A stretch of DNA of 64,000 bases from an uncultured Candidatus Saccharibacteria bacterium (GCA_964601935.1 CAZROP010000004.1:6493-70492); one strand, 5' to 3'; numbered from the stretch's first letter, positions 19,468 to 30,142 are shown. The notes: a model not told the origin generated them from the letters alone. Numbers and translations are program-made.

Positions 19468-19719
19468 TTATGAGCCTATTAGCTCTTGCTTCTGCTGTCG
19501 CGTGAGTGATTTTATGTATGCCTCCTGCTGACTAGCCTGTGATCTATCGGGACATTGCTGTTGATACACCAATGTTACCGGTTGGCGCGCCCTGGTATAG
19601 CGCGCACCTTTTCCTTGTACACTATTATGCTCTCTAATACGCCTCTCAACATCGGCTGTGATCCCGCAGTAGAACGTCCCATCTGCGCATCGTACAATAT
19701 AGACCCAGTACACACGCAT
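19468..19719 (-). CDS. GIY-YIG nuclease-family small protein
   Basis: YWVYIVRCADGTFYCGIT...RIREHN GIY-YIG motif. Confidence 0.75.
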   Translation of the reverse strand: MRVYWVYIVRCADGTFYCGITADVERRIREHNSVQGKGARYTRARQPVTLVYQQQCPDRSQASQQEAYIKSLTRQQKQELIGS

Positions 19720-19724
19720 GATAA

Positions 19725-20003
19725 TTACTCAGTATCCCGATAAGTGGTATCGTTAATTGGATTGGATCGATGAAACTCCTGAGTATTAGCGCGTGGTGAC
19801 TCTGAACGTGGCATAGTCAATGAGGCCAGTACATAAAAAATTACACACGGTATAATACCTGTAAATATTAGTAAAAATACAAATATCACGCGTACCACCG
19901 TTGCATCTATATCAAAGTATTCTGCAATTCCACCCAATACTCCAGACACCCTTTTATTATGTTGTGATTTTATAAGTCGTTTCATATAGATATATTGTAA
20001 CAC
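19725..20003 (-). CDS. PspC-domain membrane protein
   Basis: KRVSGVLGGIAEYFDIDATVVRVIFVFLLIF PspC domain. Confidence 0.6.
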   Translation of the reverse strand: MLQYIYMKRLIKSQHNKRVSGVLGGIAEYFDIDATVVRVIFVFLLIFTGIIPCVIFYVLASLTMPRSESPRANTQEFHRSNPINDTTYRDTE

Positions 20004-20021
20004 TATGCATCAGTAAACTCT

Positions 20022-20975
20022 TTAGAATTTGCAGATTTGTACACATTGTTTCGTACAGATCTCTGCATTAGGATTATGTCGACAAGCCGACGCACAGTCT
20101 TCCCAGATTCCTTTTATATTAGTACAAGAAAGTTCACCTAGGCCCGTACACTCATTATAGGTATTATCCCATGTGCCACCCTCGCGTACACAGGCAACTG
20201 CCGCGACAGGCTTGGTAATGTCAGGATTATCAATAATATTATTTAGGGCGCTTGCGATTTTAAAAGTAATACGATAATCAGAAGACGTTATCTGAATTTT
20301 TGATTTGGGTGCAGGCTCAATCTTTGAGAGAGATATTTCGTAGTCTTTGTAGCGTAATGGTGCTCCATCAGATCTATAGGTGATTGCTTCAGATTTATCG
20401 TCAATTGACAGCATCAAAGAGGTTGTAATAGTACCTGCCGCAATACACTGAACATCGAGTGGGCAGCGGCTATCGGCTGTTACCGAATTCAGTTTTATCG
20501 ACAATCCCAGTCCTGATCCTGTTTGCCCAGGCTTGAGAGTAATTTCTTCTGGCCCCATCACGCGACCACCCGAAGTTGGTGCCACCTGAACGCTACTCAC
20601 CGCGAATATATTACCTGTCGTGAACTGACCTTTCACAGTGGCTACTGCGCCAACTGATACATTACTAGTATTTACTAATTCTACTTTGAGTGGGACTATG
20701 TAGGGTTCTTTCGCATTAGGCAGCGCAGATTGAGTATGTAGATACCATTCGCCTGTAGGAGATTTCTGCAAAGTACCAGTGAGTTCTACTCCGGAACATG
20801 GTTTGAATTCACACTGTAGCCCAGAACGTCCTACAGAGGAACCATCTGGACATATCAGAGCCTCTTGTGTGCAGGCAACCTGTTCCGTAGATGTTGGGGA
20901 TTGTGTTCTCCAGATGAGTACCGCCCCGATGACGATGATTGCGAGAAGAATGGAAATACTATCTTTTGTTTTCAT
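20022..20975 (-). CDS. hypothetical secreted Cys-rich protein
   Basis: Signal/anchor MKTKDSISILLAIIVIGAVLIW after trimming to ATG 20975; many paired Cys. Confidence 0.4.
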   Translation of the reverse strand: MKTKDSISILLAIIVIGAVLIWRTQSPTSTEQVACTQEALICPDGSSVGRSGLQCEFKPCSGVELTGTLQKSPTGEWYLHTQSALPNAKEPYIVPLKVELVNTSNVSVGAVATVKGQFTTGNIFAVSSVQVAPTSGGRVMGPEEITLKPGQTGSGLGLSIKLNSVTADSRCPLDVQCIAAGTITTSLMLSIDDKSEAITYRSDGAPLRYKDYEISLSKIEPAPKSKIQITSSDYRITFKIASALNNIIDNPDITKPVAAVACVREGGTWDNTYNECTGLGELSCTNIKGIWEDCASACRHNPNAEICTKQCVQICKF

Positions 20976-21127
20976 ATATGTACAGTATACATCAATAACA
21001 ATAACTCGTACACAGAGGGGCGTTGTCACAGGATATATACATGAACGTAATACTAGTGTGAGAACTAAGTACTGGTCATACCTTTCCCATCCTCTTTATA
21101 AGAGTTTTAACTTTAACCATATTACCT

Positions 21128-21649
21128 ATGAACACAGTAACTGGAATATTTAACAAAAGAACTGACGCAGAAAATGCTATTACAGAAATTAACAAACTCG
21201 GTGTTTCTGGAGAAGACATTTCCTATGTCTTCATGGACAAAGATTCCAAAATGGTCGATGGACATGCTGCTGACAGCACTAGTGTAGGCGAAGGTATTTC
21301 AGCAGGCGCTACGACAGGCTTGATGATTGGTGCAGTTGCGGGTCTAGTTGTCGCCTCAGGAATATTACCAGGGCTTGGCGCATTATTTGTTGCCGGCCCC
21401 CTGGCGGCTGCCCTGGGACTGACGGGGGCTGTTGCGACTACTGTTGCAGGAGCGTTAACAGGCGCTGCAGCTGGCGGATTAGTTGGTGCACTGGTCGGCC
21501 TCGGTGTGAGCGAATCTGACGCAGCGATGTATCAAGAAGAGCTTAAGAAGGGAGGAATACTCGTTGTTGCCCGCTCGGAACAGAGTGGCCTCGGGGAAAT
21601 ATTTACAAGATTCGGAGCACTCGAAGTTCGTGAGTACAGCTCTGAATAA
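21128..21649 (+). CDS. general stress protein, YflT/17M-like
   Basis: N-terminal GVFNKRTDAENAI..LGV..EDIS and Gly/Ala-rich membrane-like middle, C-terminal GGILVVAR matches YflT family. Confidence 0.55.
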   Translation: MNTVTGIFNKRTDAENAITEINKLGVSGEDISYVFMDKDSKMVDGHAADSTSVGEGISAGATTGLMIGAVAGLVVASGILPGLGALFVAGPLAAALGLTGAVATTVAGALTGAAAGGLVGALVGLGVSESDAAMYQEELKKGGILVVARSEQSGLGEIFTRFGALEVREYSSE

Positions 21650-21689
21650 TGACGTACACGATTGCTGTATATTCAAGTATTAAAGCTCA

Positions 21690-21724
21690 AAACTAAAACC
21701 GCTCATATGCGGTTTTAGTTTTAG
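21690..21724 (+). terminator. Rho-independent terminator
   Basis: aaaactaaaaccgctcatatgcggttttagtttt. Confidence 0.65.
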
Positions 21725-21776
21725 GTAACACCACTAATAGTATTGGGTGTTTTAATATACATACCGAGAGAGCCTA

Positions 21777-22337
21777 TTATTCTGACTTCTCACACACAAT
21801 ACCTGCGTAATGTATGGGTGAATATTTTTGTGTTGTGTCCGGAACAAGTACCCCTTCCCGCTCTATCAATGGATAGCGTAGTTTAGTTACTCCTATCTCT
21901 GAACCCGGGCCATACCTACCCTGTGGGCCACGAACCTTCTGATAAATCTCAAGCTCACGGTTACGCGAACCTTCAACCACGTAATCAAATACTACTTCTA
22001 GTGCTCCCCCACGGCCAATCACACCTGATAGTGTGCCTTCGTAGCCGTTGGTCATATCTGGGCCGGATTGTGTTCCGCGCTTTACTCCTGTGAAGCGGCC
22101 ATCTTTTTGTTGTATTAACTCAATGTATTCGCGTACTGTGTAGGGGGCTTTTGTTGTGGCAGCATGATAATGTATATAACACTTCTTTTTGGGAGTATGT
22201 GCGAACCGAACCTGAATCACATCAATATGCATAATGAGGTACACAACGAATATACAAGAAATACCTACCCACAGCCACGATAACACATTTCGTCTCCTTA
22301 TGAGATAGAACCAGGTTAGGATATTTTCCTTTTTCAT
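21777..22337 (-). CDS. hypothetical membrane-anchored protein
   Basis: 186-aa ORF with N-terminal TM. Confidence 0.35.
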   Translation of the reverse strand: MKKENILTWFYLIRRRNVLSWLWVGISCIFVVYLIMHIDVIQVRFAHTPKKKCYIHYHAATTKAPYTVREYIELIQQKDGRFTGVKRGTQSGPDMTNGYEGTLSGVIGRGGALEVVFDYVVEGSRNRELEIYQKVRGPQGRYGPGSEIGVTKLRYPLIEREGVLVPDTTQKYSPIHYAGIVCEKSE

Positions 22338-22453
22338 GAGCCTAGTATATCACACTATTTAGTAGCTATGTCAAATTAAGCGAAATGCTTATGGTCCTGA
22401 CTTGCGCGCAAGGATATTTGTATTAACCGTAGCATCAGGGTATACTTTGCCCT

Positions 22454-24199
22454 ATGAATGAATCGATTGAACATGTTCGCCATAGTTTGGCGCATCTCAT
22501 GGCAGCGGCAGTTGTCAAAATGTATCCTGATGCGCAGCTGACCCTGGGCCCCGCTGTAGACGACGGATTTTACTATGACGTACACTTTCCTACGACCAAG
22601 CCTACCGAATCCGACCTATCAAACATAGAATCAGTCATGCGTGAATTATTGCCTACATGGCATGGATTTTCACGCCTCGATGTTACAGCTGATGAAGCAC
22701 GATCGCGATTTGCCGGCAATATATTCAAGCTCGAATTAATTGATGGAATCGTAGAGCGTGGTGAAGATATAACTCTGTATCAGTCAGGAGATTTTGTCGA
22801 TTTGTGTCGCGGTGGACATGTGACTGATATGGCAAGTGTTGATCCAGAATGCTTCAAGCTACATCGTATTGCGGGTGCCTATTGGCGCGGAGATGAAAAT
22901 AACCAGATGCTTACCCGTATTTACGGTCTTGCCTTTGCGACAGCAGAGGACTTGAAAACAGAGCTGTGGCGTCGTGAGGAGGCTGAAAAACGCGACCATA
23001 GAAAGATCGGCAAGGAGCAGAAATTATTCACTGTATCAGAACTAGTCGGCGCAGGGTTGCCGCTGATGCAGCCTCGCGGAATGATAATTAGAAAAGAGAT
23101 CGAGGACTATCTTTGGGAGCTACACCACACCAAGGGTTATAGCAGAGTATGGACACCTCATATCGCAAAAGAGGTCTTGTACGAAACCTCAGGCCATGCC
23201 GCAAAGTTTGGCGATGAGTTATTCCGTGTTCAAGGTAAAGAAGAATCGTTTATAATGAAGCCAATGAACTGCCCGCATCATATGCAGTTATTTGCTGATA
23301 ATCAGTTTTCTTACCGGGACATGCCCGTACGTTATTTCGAACCAGCCACCATCTATCGTGATGAAAAGTCAGGGCAACTGTCGGGCTTGACTCGCGTACG
23401 ATCTATTACTCAAGATGACGGACATTTATTCTGCCGAATGAGCCAGATAAAGCAGGAAGCATCAGTAATAGCACAGATCATAAAAGAGTTCTACACAACT
23501 ATGGGAATGCTCGACGGCTACTGGGTACGATTATCCACTCGAGGAGAAGACAAGAGTATGTATATAGGAACAGAGGAAAACTGGGATATTGCGGAATCAA
23601 TTCTGGAAGAAGCAGCCCAACTCAATGGATTAAATTATAAAGCCGGCCCAGGAGAAGCTGCATTTTATGGGCCAAAACTAGATTTTATGTTCCAAGACGC
23701 AATTGGGCGTGAATGGCAACTGGCTACTATACAGTGTGACTTTAATCTGCCGGAACGTTTTGATCTATCATTTGTAAACGAAAAAGGTGAGAAAGAGCGA
23801 CCAGTAGTGATCCACAGGGCAATATCTGGATCACTAGAGAGGTTCATGGGAGTTATGATCGAGCACTTTGGTGGAGCATTCCCCGTATGGCTGGCACCTG
23901 TTCAGGTTGCAGTCTTGCCCATTAGCGGTGACAAACATGGGGAGTATGCGGAAACCATAGCCGCCGCACTAGCTGGTGCGGGTATACGCGTAGAGATATC
24001 GCGCGACGAAACCCTGGGCAAACGTATCCGTAATGCAAAAATAATGAAAATTCCCTACCAGATCGTAGTCGGCGACCAGGAGCAAGATACTAATACAGTA
24101 ACGGTGGAGGGTCGTAACGATCTTAAATTACCAGGAATTCCGCTGGCTGATTTCACACAGAGAATCCTGGGCGAAATCACAGGGCGAGTTTTAAATTAG
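22454..24199 (+). CDS. thrS: threonyl-tRNA synthetase lacking N-terminal TGS domain
   Basis: Editing domain start RHSLAHLMAAAV, class II motifs (FRVQGKEE, HRAISGSLERF), anticodon-binding C-terminus; 581 aa. Confidence 0.9.
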   Translation: MNESIEHVRHSLAHLMAAAVVKMYPDAQLTLGPAVDDGFYYDVHFPTTKPTESDLSNIESVMRELLPTWHGFSRLDVTADEARSRFAGNIFKLELIDGIVERGEDITLYQSGDFVDLCRGGHVTDMASVDPECFKLHRIAGAYWRGDENNQMLTRIYGLAFATAEDLKTELWRREEAEKRDHRKIGKEQKLFTVSELVGAGLPLMQPRGMIIRKEIEDYLWELHHTKGYSRVWTPHIAKEVLYETSGHAAKFGDELFRVQGKEESFIMKPMNCPHHMQLFADNQFSYRDMPVRYFEPATIYRDEKSGQLSGLTRVRSITQDDGHLFCRMSQIKQEASVIAQIIKEFYTTMGMLDGYWVRLSTRGEDKSMYIGTEENWDIAESILEEAAQLNGLNYKAGPGEAAFYGPKLDFMFQDAIGREWQLATIQCDFNLPERFDLSFVNEKGEKERPVVIHRAISGSLERFMGVMIEHFGGAFPVWLAPVQVAVLPISGDKHGEYAETIAAALAGAGIRVEISRDETLGKRIRNAKIMKIPYQIVVGDQEQDTNTVTVEGRNDLKLPGIPLADFTQRILGEITGRVLN

Positions 24200-24251
24200 C
24201 GTACCGCTCAGATAGAGGCAACATTTTATTTTTCTGGTATACTATAACTGT

Positions 24252-24446
24252 ATGAACAATAACTCATTCTATAACATTGTCGCTCTTCTGCATGTTCTGC
24301 AGAAAAACCTTTATCAAATAGATGAGTACTATTTACCCCAGGCCAGTAATGAAGGAGAGCGCGTGTTTTACCGCAATCTCAAGATGGATCACGAGAACCA
24401 TATCAAAGAGCTCACCCAGCTGATGAGTGAGTACACTACCAAATAG
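24252..24446 (+). CDS. hypothetical small protein
   Basis: 64-aa ORF followed by terminator hairpin. Confidence 0.25.
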   Translation: MNNNSFYNIVALLHVLQKNLYQIDEYYLPQASNEGERVFYRNLKMDHENHIKELTQLMSEYTTK

Positions 24447-24475
24447 GCTATACCTTCAAAAACTATACCATATAC

Positions 24476-24506
24476 AATAAACCCTGCTCATGAGCAGGGT
24501 TTATTG
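24476..24506. terminator. bidirectional terminator hairpin
   Basis: aataaaccctgctcatgagcagggtttatt. Confidence 0.6.
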
Positions 24507-24523
24507 TATATACAGTAACTCTT

Positions 24524-26662
24524 TTACACATCTACCTCCGCCATTGTGGCATTGGTCTGAATAAATGCCTTGCGCGATGGTACATCGTTACCCATCAATG
24601 TACTGAATATTTGATCAGCTATCAGAGTATCCTGAATCGTGACCTGCTTCAGGATACGTCGAGCAGGGTCCATGGTAGTCTCCCATAGCTCTTCTGCGTT
24701 CATTTCTCCGAGACCCTTGTATCTCTGCAATCCCGTAATTCCAGCAGCCTTCAGCTTGCCCTTATCCTCGTCACTGAGTTCCGCTGACGACTCCCCTTCA
24801 TCGCCACTGCTGATATCTACCTCGGGCTCAGGAGCTTTTACTATCTTGCCTGCTGATTTTTTTGGATTCTTTAATGCTTCTTGATATAGAGTTTCAATAA
24901 TACTGAACTTTTCTTCATCGTTATATGCGTAATATAAATCCTTTCCGCGCTTGATTTTGTACAAAGGTGGTTGGGCAATATAGATATAGCCCGCGTCAAT
25001 CAGTGGGCGCATATGACGATAGAACAATGTCAGCAGGAGCGTACAAATATGACTGCCGTCCACGTCGGCATCTGTTGCGATAATAATCTTGTGATAGCGG
25101 ACATTTTCAATGTCAAAGGTATCTCCAATACTAGTACCGAATGCAATGATCATGTTTTTTACTTCTTGATTCCCTAGCATTCTATCCATGCGTGCACGCT
25201 CTACGTTCAAGGGCTTTCCTCGCAGCGGCAATATAGCCTGGGTCCGCCTATCACGCCCCTGCTTTGCAGTTCCACCCGCAGAGTCTCCCTCTACTATAAA
25301 TAGCTCTGATTCATCAGCCTTCTTGGACTGACAGTCAGTGAGCTTGCCAGGTAACGACATACCTTCTAGAGCACCCTTTCGCATAATAGACTCTTTTGCT
25401 GCCTTTGCTGCCTTGCGGGCACGCAAAGCTAACACCATCTTTTTCATGATGTCCTTAGCATCTTCAGTATTTTTTTCGAGGAATTCTTCGAATGCTTCCC
25501 CTACCACTGTTTCTACGGCCCCACGAGCTTCGGGAGAACCCAGTTTGTCTTTGGTCTGCCCCTCGAACTGAATCTCAGGCATTTTGACTGATATTACCGC
25601 GACCATACCTTCTAGGATATCTGCACCATCGAATGTCCCCTCTTTGTCGGTGAGGACTTTGTTTTTAGTGGCATATTTATTGATTAGGCGCGTCAAAGCT
25701 GTTTTGAACCCAGTCACATGCATACCCCCTCCTGGAGTAGAGATATTATTTGCGAATGCAATAATTTTCGTACTCATGTCATCGACGTACCGCAAGGCAC
25801 ATTCTACGATAATATCTCCCGTCTGCTTTTCAACGTAGAATATATTTTTATGCACGGGATCTTCGTTCATTGTATAGTGACGGACCATAGACACTACTCC
25901 CCCTTCGAAATAATAGGTCACTGATGGCGCGGATAGCTCCAAATCATCACGTACCCAAATCACTGATTCGTGAGGAATTGGGCTAGTAACTTCGCGAGCA
26001 TCTACCAGGGTAATACGCAAATTTTTGACCAGATACGCCTGTTCGCGATAGTGTGACACGATACGGTTCCAGGTAAAATTTACGGATGAAAATATAGTTG
26101 CATCAGGCTTGAAACATACTACTGTACCTGTTTCGTCTGATGAGCCTAGTTTTTTCGTATCCGCTTTGGGTTTTCCAATATGATATTCCTGGAAAAACTC
26201 TCCTCCTTCTCGTCGAGAACGCACCCACAGATGTTCTGATAACGCATTCACCACCGATGCTCCCACACCGTGCAGACCTCCCGATATTTTGTACCCTCCG
26301 TCACCGAACTTTCCTCCTGCATGGAGAACAGTCATGATTGTTTCTAGGGCTGACTTGCCTGTTTTGGTCATGATGCCTACAGGGATACCGCGACCGTTAT
26401 CGGCAACGCGCACATATCCATCAGGCAGTAGCGTCACCTCTATATGGTCACAATGACCTGCCATGGCCTCGTCGCGACTGTTATCAAATATTTCCTTGAT
26501 CATGTGGTGAAGCCCATCAGGTCCGGTAGACCCAATATACATTCCAGGGCGTTTACGCACTGGTTCCAACCCTTCCAGGACAGTGATGCTATCTGCGCTA
26601 TAATTTTCGTCAGTTGCCGACTGGCTGTCATGGGTGGCTTTTGCTGATTTCTTTGCTGGCAT
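24524..26662 (-). CDS. gyrB: DNA gyrase subunit B
   Basis: GHKL ATPase motifs (LHHMIKEIFDNSRDEAMAG), TOPRIM (EGDSAGG, IIATDADVDGSHI), C-terminal tail; start trimmed to ATG at 26662. Confidence 0.9.
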   Translation of the reverse strand: MPAKKSAKATHDSQSATDENYSADSITVLEGLEPVRKRPGMYIGSTGPDGLHHMIKEIFDNSRDEAMAGHCDHIEVTLLPDGYVRVADNGRGIPVGIMTKTGKSALETIMTVLHAGGKFGDGGYKISGGLHGVGASVVNALSEHLWVRSRREGGEFFQEYHIGKPKADTKKLGSSDETGTVVCFKPDATIFSSVNFTWNRIVSHYREQAYLVKNLRITLVDAREVTSPIPHESVIWVRDDLELSAPSVTYYFEGGVVSMVRHYTMNEDPVHKNIFYVEKQTGDIIVECALRYVDDMSTKIIAFANNISTPGGGMHVTGFKTALTRLINKYATKNKVLTDKEGTFDGADILEGMVAVISVKMPEIQFEGQTKDKLGSPEARGAVETVVGEAFEEFLEKNTEDAKDIMKKMVLALRARKAAKAAKESIMRKGALEGMSLPGKLTDCQSKKADESELFIVEGDSAGGTAKQGRDRRTQAILPLRGKPLNVERARMDRMLGNQEVKNMIIAFGTSIGDTFDIENVRYHKIIIATDADVDGSHICTLLLTLFYRHMRPLIDAGYIYIAQPPLYKIKRGKDLYYAYNDEEKFSIIETLYQEALKNPKKSAGKIVKAPEPEVDISSGDEGESSAELSDEDKGKLKAAGITGLQRYKGLGEMNAEELWETTMDPARRILKQVTIQDTLIADQIFSTLMGNDVPSRKAFIQTNATMAEVDV

Positions 26663-26723
26663 ATCTGGTCTAGTATAGCATATACCTGCCAGGTTTTCAT
26701 CTTGAAAATTCACAAAATATGAC

Positions 26724-27755
26724 TTATAAACTCTTCTTAAACTCACAGACCATAATTCGGGGATAGATGTAAGATTGCACCGAGGTCACTATTTTGAGAT
26801 CAAAAGACTGTGTGATCCGCAACACCGACTGATCTAGCAACTGCTGTAATAACACATGCTCCGTTGTATACACTACTATTCGCCCGCCCGGGTTCAGCCT
26901 GGCCACACAATAATCAACAAAAGAGCTATAGAACGACTCTAAATTGATATCTTTCCCTATCTGCATACCAAATGGCAAGTCAGCAACAATCACGTCGAAC
27001 ATGCCGAGATTAGGAAGCTCCTTCAGGTCTGCTGTTTTAATCTCTACCGATTGGATTAACCCAGCTTTTTTTATGTTGCGCACAGCTGCTGTGTTTGCCT
27101 TGGTGTTTATATCAAACCCAACTAACTTGAGCTTGCTATTACTCAACCCGGCTTCAATTAACAATATTCCACTTCCCGAGCATACATTGAGATACGATGA
27201 CACTGCATCCAGCCTACAGAGTCTATTCATAGCATACGCTACAGTTGGATTCAGACCACCCTGAATATGTTCAACTCGGTAATCGCGTACTGACAATGGT
27301 CGCGCTGTGGTACGAACGCCTATCTCCCAGACCTCTTCTACTTTTCCTATATATACTTCCAGGTCGGCGTCTTCTACTGGAACTAATTTGAAATGCTCCT
27401 GTATATAATCACGTATTTCTACTACTTCAGAAGAGTCACCACCAGCACAACTCAGGCGATAGGTTTTAAACGTATCCTTGCTACCCTCCGTAACCCATGC
27501 CACGAGCGAGCCAAGTACAGATTTATGATTAGAAATATACTTTGGATTATATTTTGTATCTCTCTGGATTAAATAGACGGAAATAACACTTCTCAATGAT
27601 TTCAATTGAGAAATTTCATAATCTGGAGGACATTCGATATATACCGCAATGGTACTGCGCGCCATGATGCGAACATCTTTGAAGCTTTTTAATTCCTCCA
27701 AGACAAATTGTTGCAACCCTTCAATGTAGGTGCATTTTAAAACAAGAGGGTCCAT
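26724..27755 (-). CDS. THUMP-domain class I SAM-dependent RNA (m2G) methyltransferase, TrmN/Trm14/RlmL-like
   Basis: SAM motif VCSGSGILLIEA and catalytic DLPFG motif after N-terminal THUMP-like region. Confidence 0.5.
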   Translation of the reverse strand: MDPLVLKCTYIEGLQQFVLEELKSFKDVRIMARSTIAVYIECPPDYEISQLKSLRSVISVYLIQRDTKYNPKYISNHKSVLGSLVAWVTEGSKDTFKTYRLSCAGGDSSEVVEIRDYIQEHFKLVPVEDADLEVYIGKVEEVWEIGVRTTARPLSVRDYRVEHIQGGLNPTVAYAMNRLCRLDAVSSYLNVCSGSGILLIEAGLSNSKLKLVGFDINTKANTAAVRNIKKAGLIQSVEIKTADLKELPNLGMFDVIVADLPFGMQIGKDINLESFYSSFVDYCVARLNPGGRIVVYTTEHVLLQQLLDQSVLRITQSFDLKIVTSVQSYIYPRIMVCEFKKSL

Positions 27756-27797
27756 AACAATTCAATCGGAATACAGCTTACCACACAACGAATTATA

Positions 27798-27826
27798 AGA
27801 AAACCGCCTCGAAGGCGGAATCTTTT
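27798..27826 (-). terminator. terminator after rplT
   Basis: ccgccttcgaggcgg hairpin followed by T-run on minus strand. Confidence 0.5.
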
Positions 27827-27828
27827 AT

Positions 27829-28191
27829 CTAACTCTTTGGAGTATATTCGTTGGCCTTGGACACAATTGCCTGGAATACGGTTGGGTTATCCTGGGCGAG
27901 TTGTGACATGATCTTTCGGTCTACTCCAATGCTCGCGCGCTTTAGGTTGCCGATGAATTGTGAATAGGTGGTTCCCAATGGTCGAACCGCAGCGTTGATG
28001 CGTACATTCCATAGTTTTCGGAAGTCGTTTTTCTTGTCACGGCGAGCTGCGAACGCATGATTACCGGCATGGTAAATAGCAGTGATCGCTTCGCGTGTTT
28101 TTGTGCTGCGACCATTTCGGTAGCCTTTTACTTGAGCGAGAATATTTTTACGAGCCTTGTTCGCCATGACTCCTCTTTTTACACGTGCCAT
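27829..28191 (-). CDS. rplT: 50S ribosomal protein L20
   Basis: MARVKRGV...WNVRINAAVR conserved L20. Confidence 0.9.
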   Translation of the reverse strand: MARVKRGVMANKARKNILAQVKGYRNGRSTKTREAITAIYHAGNHAFAARRDKKNDFRKLWNVRINAAVRPLGTTYSQFIGNLKRASIGVDRKIMSQLAQDNPTVFQAIVSKANEYTPKS

Positions 28192-28206
28192 ATAATGATA
28201 GTTAGA

Positions 28207-28428
28207 TTAGGAAACAATTCCCGTTGGCAAGAATCGCGCAACGTCTTTGTTCGACATAGTAAATTCCTGCAACTTTTTGCCGGCCAACTGACGAGAACGA
28301 CTCTGACGAGCGTTAAAGTGAGCACCTCCCGGCTTGCGCCCCAAAATCTTGCCCGTACGGGTGATTTTTAGACGCTTTGCAAACATTTTGTTGGTTTTAT
28401 TACCTTTGTTGGTAAGTTTGGTTCCCAT
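28207..28428 (-). CDS. rpmI: 50S ribosomal protein L35
   Basis: AKRLKITRTGKILGRK...H matches L35 core; immediately upstream of rplT. Confidence 0.6.
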   Translation of the reverse strand: MGTKLTNKGNKTNKMFAKRLKITRTGKILGRKPGGAHFNARQSRSRQLAGKKLQEFTMSNKDVARFLPTGIVS

Positions 28429-28533
28429 AACAGCACGATACTAACAGAAAATAACGTTAAGCGCAAGTGCATTTTCGCCCCCTCCCCACCTCGCGTGTTG
28501 CCACTTTTGACCACCCTGGTACACTATCAGTAT

Positions 28534-29559
28534 ATGAACACCCCTCCCCGCCTGCTGGCAATCGGCGATACCGTTGTCGATGCATTTATTGAACTAATCG
28601 ATGCACATGTGTCCTGCAAAATTGACCATGCCGGATGTGAATTATCAATGAGATTTGGCGACAAAATACCCTACGCGGATGACTATATACTCTACGGGGT
28701 CGGAAATCCAGCAAATGCTGCTGTATCGTGCGCGCGACTAGGTATACAGTCATCCATAATTACTCATCTAGGGGCTGACGACAATGGAGCAAAAACCATT
28801 GCGCATTTCAAAAATGAGCGCTTGAATATTGATGGCGTAGTAACCGAATTAGGCCAAAAAACAAACTATCATTACGTGCTCTGGTACCGTCCAGAACGTA
28901 CTATTTTGGTCAAACACGAGAACTATAACTATAATTTCCCCGCAGAAATTAGTAACATTACAACACTGCCGGATTGGGTATATTTTTCTTCGCTGGCGGC
29001 TGGGACCGAACAATACCATGCGGATGTTCAACAATGGCTGCAAGAACATCCAGACATACGACTAACATTCCAACCAAATACATTTCAGATGAAGATGGGG
29101 ACCGATGCCCTGGCAGGCATTTATCAGCGAACTGAATTATTTTTTGCCAACGTTGATGAAGGGCAAAGAATATTAGGATTCTCAGAAGATGGCAATCGCG
29201 CTATTGACCATATAAAAGCCCTATTATCCAAATTATACGAACTTGGACCCAAAATTGTTACACTGACTGATGGACCCAAGGGTGCATATACCTATGACGG
29301 AACATCTTATTTATTTTGTCCTATGTACCCCGATACCGCTCCACCGCTCGAGCGAACCGGTGTCGGTGATGCCTATGCGAGTACGTTTACCACATACTAT
29401 GCCCAGGGCAAAAGTATCCATGAATGCATGCTGCGCGCACCTATCAATAGTATGAACGTGGTACAGTATGTTGGCGCCCAAAAAGGATTATTAACAGCAG
29501 AGGAACTGGAAGCATTTTACGCAAAACGTCCGCCTGAATATCAAATTGTCGAATTATAA
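28534..29559 (+). CDS. PfkB-family carbohydrate kinase
   Basis: N-terminal LLAIGDTVVDAF and C-terminal GVGDAYASTF (GAGDxF-type) motifs; start placed at MNTPPRL. Confidence 0.65.
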   Translation: MNTPPRLLAIGDTVVDAFIELIDAHVSCKIDHAGCELSMRFGDKIPYADDYILYGVGNPANAAVSCARLGIQSSIITHLGADDNGAKTIAHFKNERLNIDGVVTELGQKTNYHYVLWYRPERTILVKHENYNYNFPAEISNITTLPDWVYFSSLAAGTEQYHADVQQWLQEHPDIRLTFQPNTFQMKMGTDALAGIYQRTELFFANVDEGQRILGFSEDGNRAIDHIKALLSKLYELGPKIVTLTDGPKGAYTYDGTSYLFCPMYPDTAPPLERTGVGDAYASTFTTYYAQGKSIHECMLRAPINSMNVVQYVGAQKGLLTAEELEAFYAKRPPEYQIVEL

Positions 29560-29585
29560 CCTCTATTCAACCAATCATTATTTAT

Positions 29586-30068
29586 ATGGAAAGTTCAACC
29601 CTCTCTTTCAAGCATATTGTTCTCGGGATTATCATTATTACCCTAATAGTCTTTGTTGCAACCTTACCACAACACCCGGCTCCTCCTGATACAGGATTGG
29701 TGCCCACTACCCCGCCACCCGCGACTGCTGCACAGACTGAATACCAGCCCGTGATTACTATTCAAACTGATACTACTGCACCATTATCGGGCATGGTAAC
29801 ATTGCTGGGTACAGGTAAAAATGTATATTTTGAAGGATCCTTCCCCGCCAGCCTAATTAGTAGTTCTGGGGTAGTTGTATGGCAAGGACCCGCTACTGCC
29901 CAGGGTGACTGGATGACTTCGAACCCTGTTCCCTTTATCTTGCCTATAGATACCACAACTATCCCAAATGGTTCCTATATATTGATACTCGAAAAAGATG
30001 ATCCTTCTAATGGCGAAAGCGGTAGGCCGCCGTACGCATTACGTACGCCCATAACGATATCTAACTAA
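29586..30068 (+). CDS. hypothetical secreted/anchored Pro-rich protein
   Basis: Signal anchor, Pro/Thr-rich linker. Confidence 0.35.
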   Translation: MESSTLSFKHIVLGIIIITLIVFVATLPQHPAPPDTGLVPTTPPPATAAQTEYQPVITIQTDTTAPLSGMVTLLGTGKNVYFEGSFPASLISSSGVVVWQGPATAQGDWMTSNPVPFILPIDTTTIPNGSYILILEKDDPSNGESGRPPYALRTPITISN

Positions 30069-30103
30069 AATTAGAGCTATCATCTCAAGATCTTAGACAT
30101 AGA

Positions 30104-30131
30104 AACAACTCCCCGCTCGGGAGTTGTTGTA
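30104..30131. terminator. bidirectional terminator hairpin
   Basis: acaactccccgctcgggagttgt. Confidence 0.55.
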
Positions 30132-30142
30132 GCAAATAATTA

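Noticed and set aside
28460-28500. cgccccctccccacctcgcg upstream of PfkB kinase as a fourth GC-rich repeat copy
   Set aside because: Similarity to the repeat family is too weak to call.
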